From NCBI GenBank assembly GCA_041483195.1, contig JBGPFC010000004.1:64001-128000 (forward strand): a stretch of 64,000 nucleotides of DNA, read 5' to 3'. A program made the translations under genes and the position numbers. The notes beneath the pieces were generated by a model. It was given only the letters and a program-made list of their open reading frames with translations, was not told the DNA's origin and searched no databases. This stretch comes from Candidatus Eiseniibacteriota bacterium (GTDB taxonomy: Bacteria; Eisenbacteria; RBG-16-71-46). Shown here one piece after another: positions 21,877 through 30,332 of the stretch; the stretch's first letter is position 1; each line of letters opens with the position of its first letter.

Positions 21877-23415
21877 TTATCCGGCGATCCCGGCCGCCGC
21901 CGGCTTTCGCCCGAACAGCGCCGGCACCATGATGAGCCAGCGTTCGCGCTCGCCCGCGTTCATGCCGAAGCGCCACGCGAACCACGCGAAGACCGCCCAG
22001 CACCCGCCGGTCGCGGCCGCGAGCGGCACCCAGCCGACCGGATGCCAGAGCCACTCCACGGCCAGCGCGGGGATCGCGAACGCGAGGCACGCGAGCCCGG
22101 GGCGGCCCATGCCCTCCCACAGGTAGCGCGAGAACGGCATCTCGAGCGCGTGACAGGCGTAGAGCATCATCGCCATCCCGCTGATCAATCCGAGGGGGAT
22201 CGCCGTCCCCATCGCGACGCCGGTGAGCCCGAACGGCTTCACCCACCAGATCGAGAGTCCCAGGTTGAGCAGCGCGTTGAGCATGGAGAGCGTCACGACG
22301 CCCTTGTGCCGGCTCACCCCGAACAGCAGCGCCGAGGCGGCGGACTGCGGCAGCGAGATCAGCGTGGGAACCGCGAGGATCGCGAGCAGCGATGACGCCG
22401 AGGCATACTGCGGGCCCACCCACGTCACGAGAAACCCGCGCCCGAAGACGAGCAGGCCGGCCAGCACCGGCCAGCTCAACAGCACCGAGTACATCGAACC
22501 CGCGATCAGCATGGCGTGCAGCTTTCCGGTCTCACCCCGGGTCTCCAGCTCGCTCGCGGTCGGCGAAAGCACGTAGGTCGCGGAGTGCACGATCGCGCGG
22601 ACGTTTTCGACCAGTCCGGCCGCGAGCGCGAACGGCGTGACCGCGGCGGCGCTCATGAACGCCGTGATGACCAGCGCGTCGGTCTGGAACGTGATGCTGG
22701 TCGCGAGCGCGCCCAGGATCGCGATGCCCCCGTACGACCCGATCAACGAGACGTGGTCGCGCGTGACGAAGCGCAAGCCGTAGCGAAGGCCGGGGAGCAG
22801 GCGGCGCACCGCGATCCACGAGAGCAGGTAACCGATCAGGCTCATCGCCAGCGAGGCCCACGCGAGCCCTACCAGTCCGCCGCCGAGACGCAGCACCGCG
22901 ACGAACGCGAGCGCGCGCACGATGGCGACCGCGATGCCGATGCCGTTGCCCAGGTCGTAGCGCTGGAGGCCCGAGAGCACCGCGCCGTACACGCCGAGCG
23001 GAAACCCGACCGCCACCGAGCCGCCCGCCACCAGCACCACGGTGGAGGCGACCCTGGCGTTCGCCGGGTCGATGTGAAACCAGTGCACGAACCGCGCGGC
23101 CACCACCGCCGTCACCCCGAGCGCGATCAGGCCCACCACCGTGAACAGCGCGATGGCGGTGTTCACGGTGCGCTCGAGGCCCTCACGGTCGTCGCGCGCG
23201 TGATCGCGCGAGATGTATCTCACGAGCGAGGGACGGATGCCCTGATCGAAGAGCCCGAAGTAGCCGGTGAACGAGAACACCGTGACCCACAGCCCGTACG
23301 ATCCGTCGCCCATGACGTGGACCATGATCGGGGTGATGACGAGTCCGATCAGCCCGCCCATGATGAAGCGCAGGTAGTTGGTGACGACGTTCTTGAATAC
23401 GCGAATGCTGCGCAC
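21877..23415 (-). CDS. wzx: Polysaccharide flippase (Wzx/MOP family)
   Basis: About 14 TM helices, YGLWV..FDQGI, QTDALVI; located within the EPS cluster. Confidence 0.85.
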   Translation of the reverse strand: MRSIRVFKNVVTNYLRFIMGGLIGLVITPIMVHVMGDGSYGLWVTVFSFTGYFGLFDQGIRPSLVRYISRDHARDDREGLERTVNTAIALFTVVGLIALGVTAVVAARFVHWFHIDPANARVASTVVLVAGGSVAVGFPLGVYGAVLSGLQRYDLGNGIGIAVAIVRALAFVAVLRLGGGLVGLAWASLAMSLIGYLLSWIAVRRLLPGLRYGLRFVTRDHVSLIGSYGGIAILGALATSITFQTDALVITAFMSAAAVTPFALAAGLVENVRAIVHSATYVLSPTASELETRGETGKLHAMLIAGSMYSVLLSWPVLAGLLVFGRGFLVTWVGPQYASASSLLAILAVPTLISLPQSAASALLFGVSRHKGVVTLSMLNALLNLGLSIWWVKPFGLTGVAMGTAIPLGLISGMAMMLYACHALEMPFSRYLWEGMGRPGLACLAFAIPALAVEWLWHPVGWVPLAAATGGCWAVFAWFAWRFGMNAGERERWLIMVPALFGRKPAAAGIAG

Positions 23416-23524
23416 CCGCGAAGCCCTCCCTGCCGGATGAGACGCGAGGCCGCGATCTACCCGGTGCGTGGATCCCGGACGGCGGGCCCGGTCCGCGCGT
23501 GACCCGAACGGCCGATGGGCCGCG

Positions 23525-25765
23525 TCAGGACTCTCCCCCGGCCACTTCCGTGGTATAGCCGTAGGTGTTCGAGCGGTAACCGTAGTACTGCGGAAGAATC
23601 TCGCCGGCGTCGTTGAGCAGCACGCCCAGCACGTTGTCGCGCGCCTCGCGCTGCACCTTGACCCCGTACTCCGCGGCCTTGCGCACCGTGCTCCCGGCCT
23701 TGATCACGTAGAGCACGCCTTCGACCGCCCGGCCCAGGATGAGCGAATCCGGCACCGCGAGGTTGGGCGCGGAGTCGATCAGCACCAGCGGCCAGCGAGA
23801 CGAGGCCTCGCGCACGAACCAGTCCACGCTCTCCGAGTCGATCAACTCCGAGGCCGGGCGCTCGCTCTTGCCCGCCGGAAGGAAATCGAGGCCGGGCAGC
23901 ACCGTCTGCCGCACGAAGCGCTCGTCGAAGCTGCGCTGCTTCAGCATCTGCGCCAGCCCCCAGCTGCTGCTCGGCACGCCGAGGGCGCGGTGCAGCGCGG
24001 GGCTGCGCAGATCGAAGTCCACCAGCAGGAGTTTCTCGTGCGCCTCGCGGGCGAGCGTGATCGCGAGGCAGGCCGTGGTCGTGGTCTTGCCCTCGCCGCG
24101 GGTCGCGCTGGTGATGAGCAGCGTGCGCGGCAGCGTGCGCCCGCGCGACTTCGCGAGGTTGAGGTAGATCCGGCGGAACTCGAGACCCAGCGGACTCTCG
24201 ACCTTGAGGCGGTGCAGCAGCCCGCCGTCGCGCGCGGCCGGCAACCCGGGCGCGGAGGTCGTGATCGGGCGCGCGCGCCGCGACGAACGCTCGAGATCCT
24301 CCACCCGGGGAATCGCGCCCAGCACCGGGAGCCCGAGCAGATTCTCCACCTCTTCGGCGTTCTTCATGGACTGGTCGTGCTGCTCGACGACCAGCACGGT
24401 GCCGATCCCGATCAGCCCGCCCACCAGGAAGGCGAGCACCACCAGCAGCGGCCGGTTCGGCTTGCCCGGCGCGCGCGGCAGGTTGGCGGGTTCGAGCACG
24501 CTGAAGCGGCCGCTCAGCTTCGCGTTCTCGAACGCCTCGGAGATCTGCGCGGCGGCCGACTGCTGGAGGAACGAATTGTAGAGCGCCTGATTGTTGTCAA
24601 CTTCCTGCTGGAGGCGGGCGAGCGCGAGGTCGCGATCGGGAGAGGCCACGGCGGTGCGTTCGAACTGCGCGACCTGGTCCGCGAGATAGACGCGGCGCGC
24701 CTGGCGCGCCACCAGATCGGACTGCGCCATGCGCAGGCGCACCAGCAGGTCGCGCACGTCCGCCGGGAGCGCCGGCAGCGCGATCGCGGCGCCGCGCTGA
24801 TAAGCCGCATCGAGCTCCGAGGACTTGCGCGCCAGCGACGAGCGGATCGCCGCGCCCTGGTCGCCGGTGGCGTCGGTGAGCAGCGCGGCGGCCAGCTGGC
24901 GCTCGAGCGCCACGACCTGATCCGCGAGGTTCGAGGTCTCGGCCGTTGTGAGCAGCCCCGCGTCGTTGTCCCGCACCTTGCCGGTGAGCTGGGTGCGGAT
25001 GTCCTCGACCCGCTGGCGCTGGCTCTCGATCTCGAGGTCGGCCTGATCGGCCAGCCCGCGGGCGCGCACCAGGTTGTTGGGCGTCACGGCGGCGCCCGAG
25101 ATGGTGTTCGCGATCGACGCGCGGCGCGCCGCGTCGAGCCGGGCCTGGCTCTCGTCCAGCTTGTGCTTGTAGATCTGCTGCTGCTCGACGCTGAACTCCT
25201 GGGTCGCGCGCACCGCCTCGAGCTGGGCGGCCTTCGACGAGAGCACGAACTGATTCGACACCGCCTCCGCGAATCGCCGCGCCCGCTCACGCGTGTAGTC
25301 TCCGACCGCGATCTGGAACACGTCGCCGCGATTGCGGCGGATCGTGATCGCGTCCCGCAGGTGGTCGATCAGCGCGGCCTCGATCGTCTCCTCCGCGGTC
25401 TGGCCGGGATCGGGGCGCCGCGACTTGAGCGCCCACGCGCGGGTCTCGAGGTCGCTCATCATGCCGGACGCGGTGATGACGGTGCGCAGGAACAGGCTAC
25501 TCTGCACCTGCTCGCGCATGATCTCGGCCTGCTGGTCCGCCCCGCCGCCCCCGCCCACCATGCCGCCGAGCGGGCCCGAGAGCTGGGTCGGATGCTCGAG
25601 CAGGAGCGTCACGTTGCTGAAGTAGATGGGCTTGAGCAGCAGCGCGGCGGCGACCCCCGCCAGCGTGGCGATCGTCCACGGCGCGATCAACAGCCACTTG
25701 CGGCGCGCGACGATCCGGAGGATGGCGCCCGGATCGATCGAAGGAGCGGATGGCGTTTCGGTCAT
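23525..25765 (-). CDS. wzc: Polysaccharide co-polymerase/BY-kinase (Wzc-like)
   Basis: Two TM helices flanking a coiled coil, P-rich PGKPNRP, Walker A TSATRGEGKTT, DFDLRSP, IDSAP, C-terminal Tyr cluster QYYGYRSNTYGY. Confidence 0.92.
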   Translation of the reverse strand: MTETPSAPSIDPGAILRIVARRKWLLIAPWTIATLAGVAAALLLKPIYFSNVTLLLEHPTQLSGPLGGMVGGGGGADQQAEIMREQVQSSLFLRTVITASGMMSDLETRAWALKSRRPDPGQTAEETIEAALIDHLRDAITIRRNRGDVFQIAVGDYTRERARRFAEAVSNQFVLSSKAAQLEAVRATQEFSVEQQQIYKHKLDESQARLDAARRASIANTISGAAVTPNNLVRARGLADQADLEIESQRQRVEDIRTQLTGKVRDNDAGLLTTAETSNLADQVVALERQLAAALLTDATGDQGAAIRSSLARKSSELDAAYQRGAAIALPALPADVRDLLVRLRMAQSDLVARQARRVYLADQVAQFERTAVASPDRDLALARLQQEVDNNQALYNSFLQQSAAAQISEAFENAKLSGRFSVLEPANLPRAPGKPNRPLLVVLAFLVGGLIGIGTVLVVEQHDQSMKNAEEVENLLGLPVLGAIPRVEDLERSSRRARPITTSAPGLPAARDGGLLHRLKVESPLGLEFRRIYLNLAKSRGRTLPRTLLITSATRGEGKTTTTACLAITLAREAHEKLLLVDFDLRSPALHRALGVPSSSWGLAQMLKQRSFDERFVRQTVLPGLDFLPAGKSERPASELIDSESVDWFVREASSRWPLVLIDSAPNLAVPDSLILGRAVEGVLYVIKAGSTVRKAAEYGVKVQREARDNVLGVLLNDAGEILPQYYGYRSNTYGYTTEVAGGES

Positions 25766-25771
25766 GGCGTC

Positions 25772-26740
25772 CTAGGGCGTGCTGCGATGCTTGATCGCGT
25801 CGCTGATCAGGATGATGTTCGCGACGTCGCGCGAAACGGCGAGCAGTTGCGTGAAGCCGCCCCAGGTGCGGGCGAAGCCGCTTGCCCCGGTGGGCGTCAC
25901 GACGATCACGTCGCCGCGCTGCACGAGGGTCGGGGCGCCGCCGCCGTGCTGGAGAATTTCCTTCAGGTTGAGCGACGTGACCTGCTGACCGTCGGCGCTC
26001 ACCTTGATGACGCGCACCTTGGTCAGGTCGCCACGGCCCGTGATCCCACCCGCCTGAGCGAGGAGCATCCACAGGTTCATGCCTCCGCTCACCGAGTAGA
26101 GCCCGGGCTTGGCGACCTCGCCGATCACGGCGGCCGCGTCTCCCGGCACCGCCCCGAACGCGCCGGCGAAGGATGGAACGACGATGGTGTCGCCGGGCTT
26201 GATGTCCGGCAGACCGCCGCCTGTGCCCTCGCGCAACGAGGTCGCGACGTCCGCGATGATGATGCGGCGCGCATCGCCTTCCTTTCGCAGGATCTGCACC
26301 CGCGTGAGGTCCGCGCCCGGCACGCCGCCGCCCGCGCCGTTCAGCACGTCGACCAGCCCCGGGATGCGCTCGAACCCGTAGCGTCCGGGCGCGCCCACCG
26401 CGCCCTGCACGTAGACGCTCTGGCTCATGTATTGCGCCACCGTCACGGTGACGGTCACCGTCTCGCGCAGGTAGGACGACAGCCGGTCCGCGATGCGGTC
26501 GGAGAGCTGCGCGGTGGTGATCCCCGCCGCCTTCAGCGATCCGATCGGAGGGAAGATGATGTTGCCGTCGGAGTCGATGGCGACCTTGCGCTCGAGCTCC
26601 GGGTGACGCCAGACCGAGAGCGCGATCACGTCGTCGGAGCCGAGCACGTAGTCCGCCGCCCGCGCGGCGATCGCCGCGGGTCCGCCGAGCAGCAGCATCG
26701 TCAGCGCTCCGCACTTCAGCCAGCGCAGCCCTCGCCTCAT
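25772..26740 (-). CDS. wza: Polysaccharide export protein (Wza/Poly_export with SLBB domains)
   Basis: YVLGSDDVI...DGNIIFPPIG...AAGIT, two SLBB repeats (GAVGAPGRY; GEVAKPGLY). Confidence 0.9.
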   Translation of the reverse strand: MRRGLRWLKCGALTMLLLGGPAAIAARAADYVLGSDDVIALSVWRHPELERKVAIDSDGNIIFPPIGSLKAAGITTAQLSDRIADRLSSYLRETVTVTVTVAQYMSQSVYVQGAVGAPGRYGFERIPGLVDVLNGAGGGVPGADLTRVQILRKEGDARRIIIADVATSLREGTGGGLPDIKPGDTIVVPSFAGAFGAVPGDAAAVIGEVAKPGLYSVSGGMNLWMLLAQAGGITGRGDLTKVRVIKVSADGQQVTSLNLKEILQHGGGAPTLVQRGDVIVVTPTGASGFARTWGGFTQLLAVSRDVANIILISDAIKHRSTP

Positions 26741-29355
26741 CGTGTCACTCCTTTGACTGCGGGCGGATTGCCCGCGATGGCCGGTCCGGGCCGCTCCGCG
26801 GCCGCGTGTGCCGGAAGCCGCCGCGGGCGCCGGAGCACGACCCCCACGGTGCGCAGCAGCGTGCGAATGTCGAGCACCAGAGAGCGGTGCTCGATGTAGT
26901 GCAGGTCGAACTGAACGCGCCGCCCGATGCGCCCGGAATCACCGTCGGAATATTCCGCGATCTGGGCCAGCCCGGTGATGCCGGGCAGCACCGTGAAGCG
27001 GCGCTCGTATTCGGGCAGCACGCCCTTCCAGCGCAGCACCATATCTTCTCTCTCGGCGCCCGGTCCGACCAGCGCCATTTCGCCGCGCAGCACGTTGAGC
27101 AGGAACGGCAGGGTGTCCAGCCGGCGGCGCGCCGTCCAGCGGCTCACCGGGCCGAGGTCGCTGCGGAAGCGCGCGCAGTGAATGGGCGTTCCGAGCAGAT
27201 CCTGGGTCCTGCGCTGGATGCTGCGGCGATCGATGGCGGGTAGATCCCGCTGCCCGCGCCGCTCCAGGGCGCGGCGGGTCCTCCCGATTCGCGTCTCGCG
27301 CAGCAGGATGTCGCGGGCTCCGCGCAGCCTCCCCTCGACCACGAGCAACGCCCACAGCGGCGAGGCGAGCGCGAGCAGCGCGAGCGCCAGCGCCCAGTCC
27401 AGCGCGCCGCGCGCGGTCGCGCGCAGGTCTCGCGCGGTCGCGTACGCCCGCGGACGCTGGGGGACCGACACCGGGAGCTCGATGACCGCGCTCGCGGGCG
27501 GCGGCGCTGCCGCGTCGATCCGCGGCTCCCGGTAGTCGGGCACCAGCCGGTGGAGTTGCCGCTTCACCGCCTCGCGATCGCCATTCTCTGCGATCGCGAT
27601 GAGCTCGACGACCTCGGAGAGCAGGCCCGCCTCGTCGCGCGCGTCCAGCTCCCACATGATGATGCGCTCGTGGCGCGTGAGGCGGGTGCGCTCGGCCGCG
27701 GAGTGCAATTCCTCGTAGAGTTTCTCGCCGGGCCGCAGCCCGGTGTACACGATCTCGATGTCATCCCCCTCGCGCAGCCCCGACATCCGGATCAGCTGTC
27801 GCGCGAGATCGACGATGCGCACCTGCTCACCCATGTCGAGCAGGAAGACTTCGCCCCCGTGTCCCATCGCGCCGGCCTGCAGCACCAGCCGGACCGCCTC
27901 GGGAATGGTCATGAAGAAGCGACGGGCCTCGGGGTGGGTCACCGTGATCGGCCCGCCGCGATCGATCTGGCGCTGGAAGAGCGGGATCACCGACCCGTCG
28001 CTCCCCAGCACGTTGCCGAACCGCACCGCCATGAACCGGGTGCGGCTGTGCTGGGAGCGGCTCTGGAGGATCATCTCGCAGACGCGCTTCGATGCGCCCA
28101 TCACGCTGGTGGGGTTGACGGCCTTGTCGGTCGAGATCAGGACGAACTTGTCGACGCCGAAGCGATCGGCGATGTCGACCAAGAAGCGCGTGCCCATGAT
28201 GTTGTTGAGCACCGCCTCCCGCGGGTTGGCTTCGAGCAGCGGCACGTGCTTGTGGGCTGCGGCATGGAACACGACCGTGGGGCGGAAGCGGCGAAACGCG
28301 ATCTCGAGCCCTTCCGCGTCCTTGATATCCGCGACCACCGCGTTCAGCGTGAGCCCGGGGTGCTCCGCGTCGAGCTCGTTGTGAACGTAGTAGAGGCCGT
28401 TCTCCGCGTGATCGAGCAGTATCAATTCGGCGGGCTCGAACCCCGCGACCTGGCGCGCCAGCTCCGAGCCGATCGAGCCGCCCGCGCCGGTGACCATCAC
28501 ACGCTGGCCCCGCAGGAATTCCGCGAGCTCTCCCATGTTGAGCTGCACCGGCTCGCGCCCCAGCAGATCCTCGATCCGCATGTCGCGCATCTGCGAAAGC
28601 GCGGTGCGCCCGTGCTGCATCTCGGAGAGGCCGGGCAGCGTCTTCACCCGGACGTTGGCCTCCGCGCAGAAACGCGCGATCTCGCGCACGACCTTCGCGG
28701 GAACGCCGACGTCCGAGATGATCACCATCTCCGCGCGCTGATCCTCGAGAACCCGCGGGAGCTCTGCGATCGTGCCCCACACCCGCACCCCCTCGACCAG
28801 GTGACCGGTGAGGCGGCCGTCGTCGTCGATGAACCCCACCGGGTTCAGCGTCTCTGCGCCGTCGTGCGCGCGCCGCATCTCCTGGATCAGGTGGACGCCG
28901 GTGTGATCGGCCCCCACGATCAGCGTGCGCAGCGCGCGGCTCGGCATCGGGCCCAGCACGCGCTCGCGGGAGAGACGCCATGCGAAGCGGGTCCCCCCCA
29001 GCAGCACCAGCTCCCAGATCCAGATCATGACGATCAGGCTGCGTGGGAACAGCGGCTCGGGGGTGAACAGCATGATCCCCACCAGCGCCGCGGCGGAGAG
29101 CGTGACGCCCTTGAAGACCTGGAAGAGCGTCACGGTGCTGGCGTATCGCCACAGGCCGTGGTACAGACCGGATGCGAAGAATCCCGCCAGCGAGAGCGCC
29201 GTGAACCAGGGGGTGGCGAGCAGGTATCCGTGCCAGTATCGCGCGGGGATGTCGCCTTCGAATCGCAGCAGCAGCGAGACCAGGAAGCAGGCCTGGAGCA
29301 GCACGGAATAGCCGACGGTCAGCAGGAAGAACCGCGGCGCTTTCTTCAGTCCCAT
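26737..29355 (-). CDS. CapD/PglF-type UDP-sugar 4,6-dehydratase fused to a C-terminal sugar-transferase-like (PGT) domain
   Basis: 4 TM helices, CoA-binding-like domain, EDLLGREP, TGAGGSIGSEL, HAAAHKHVP, STDKAVNPTSVMGASK, RFGNVLGS, GLRPGEKLYEEL. The last ~200 aa are Bac_transf-like (NVLRGEMALVGP, PGITGLAQI, DLHYI). Confidence 0.9.
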   Translation of the reverse strand: MGLKKAPRFFLLTVGYSVLLQACFLVSLLLRFEGDIPARYWHGYLLATPWFTALSLAGFFASGLYHGLWRYASTVTLFQVFKGVTLSAAALVGIMLFTPEPLFPRSLIVMIWIWELVLLGGTRFAWRLSRERVLGPMPSRALRTLIVGADHTGVHLIQEMRRAHDGAETLNPVGFIDDDGRLTGHLVEGVRVWGTIAELPRVLEDQRAEMVIISDVGVPAKVVREIARFCAEANVRVKTLPGLSEMQHGRTALSQMRDMRIEDLLGREPVQLNMGELAEFLRGQRVMVTGAGGSIGSELARQVAGFEPAELILLDHAENGLYYVHNELDAEHPGLTLNAVVADIKDAEGLEIAFRRFRPTVVFHAAAHKHVPLLEANPREAVLNNIMGTRFLVDIADRFGVDKFVLISTDKAVNPTSVMGASKRVCEMILQSRSQHSRTRFMAVRFGNVLGSDGSVIPLFQRQIDRGGPITVTHPEARRFFMTIPEAVRLVLQAGAMGHGGEVFLLDMGEQVRIVDLARQLIRMSGLREGDDIEIVYTGLRPGEKLYEELHSAAERTRLTRHERIIMWELDARDEAGLLSEVVELIAIAENGDREAVKRQLHRLVPDYREPRIDAAAPPPASAVIELPVSVPQRPRAYATARDLRATARGALDWALALALLALASPLWALLVVEGRLRGARDILLRETRIGRTRRALERRGQRDLPAIDRRSIQRRTQDLLGTPIHCARFRSDLGPVSRWTARRRLDTLPFLLNVLRGEMALVGPGAEREDMVLRWKGVLPEYERRFTVLPGITGLAQIAEYSDGDSGRIGRRVQFDLHYIEHRSLVLDIRTLLRTVGVVLRRPRRLPAHAAAERPGPAIAGNPPAVKGVTR

Positions 29356-29497
29356 GGCGTCGATCCTGGCAATCCGGAATTCCCCCGGCCCTCGAGGGCC
29401 GGAGGACGAGGCTGATTGAGATGGCTGCTGGCAAACGCCGGCATGGGATGCCGAATGCGAAGCGACCCGGCAGCGTCCGAAACGCCGGCGCCCATGC

Positions 29498-29513
29498 AGC
29501 GACGTCCGTGCCC
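29498..29513 (-). promoter_or_regulatory. Candidate sigma54 (-24/-12) promoter of the EPS/exosortase operon
   Basis: Minus strand GGGCACG-GACG-TCGCT versus consensus TGGCACG-N4-TTGCW. The operon encodes a sigma54 activator. Confidence 0.5.
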
Positions 29514-29647
29514 GAGCGATTGGCACCCGCCCGCGACCCAGCACCGGAGTCGATCCCGGCACCGGAATTCGCCCGGTCGTACTTAAGGTCGGCAGGTACC
29601 TCCATCCGGGTGAGCGTTTCCCCCGGCCGCGCGCTTCGCCGGAAGGC

Positions 29648-29677
29648 ATTCTATTTGGCTGTGGAGAATACTGTCAA
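29648..29677 (-). promoter_or_regulatory. sigma70-like promoter facing the EPS operon
   Basis: Minus strand TTGACA-N18-TAGAAT in an AT-enriched patch. Confidence 0.7.
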
Positions 29678-29831
29678 GAAAAGCGACTGTAAGGCTTTAG
29701 CGTCGCGTGCGTGTGCATCTTGCGAGGTCGCGTTGCAAATCGCGCTGCGCCTCGGTCCAGGCAGCGCGCACGCTCGCTCGGGCCCCGAGGCACCCCGGGT
29801 CCGGGCTCACCTTCACGCGGGAGAATGATCG

Positions 29832-30320
29832 ATGGAAACGGCAGGATCCACCACGCCGGATTTCGGGACGCGCCTCGCACATCTCGAACGGCGCAACCTC
29901 ACGCTCTCCGGTGTGGTCGCGATGCTCGGAGTCCTCGTGCTGGTGATGATCGCGTGGCGGATGCTGCCCGCCCGCCGCACCCTCGACGTCGAACAGATCG
30001 TGCTGCGCGATCGCGAAAACCACGCCCGCGGCGAGCTCGCGGTGGGGTCCGACGGAACCGCGGCGCTGCGGCTCAACGACGTTCGGGGCAAGGCCCGCGC
30101 GCTCTGGCGGGTCATGGCCGACGGCTCGGTCTCGATGCACTTCCGTGACGAGCGCGGCGTTTCGCGCGCGGAGCTCGCGATCGATCCGGCGGGGGTGCCG
30201 AGCCTCGCGCTCACCGGCGCGGACGGTCACACGCGCACGTGGCTCGGCCTGGTCGAAGCGAACGCGGCCGGCATCACCCTGCGCGATCCATCGAACACCA
30301 CGGTGTGGCGCGCGCCATGA
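29832..30320 (+). CDS. Membrane-anchored protein with tandem 23-aa beta-repeats, function unknown
   Basis: GGAGA RBS; short coiled segment plus one TM helix; repeats of pattern LxDxxGxxRxxLxxxxdG. Confidence 0.75.
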   Translation: METAGSTTPDFGTRLAHLERRNLTLSGVVAMLGVLVLVMIAWRMLPARRTLDVEQIVLRDRENHARGELAVGSDGTAALRLNDVRGKARALWRVMADGSVSMHFRDERGVSRAELAIDPAGVPSLALTGADGHTRTWLGLVEANAAGITLRDPSNTTVWRAP

Positions 30321-30332
30321 GCCCGCGAAACA

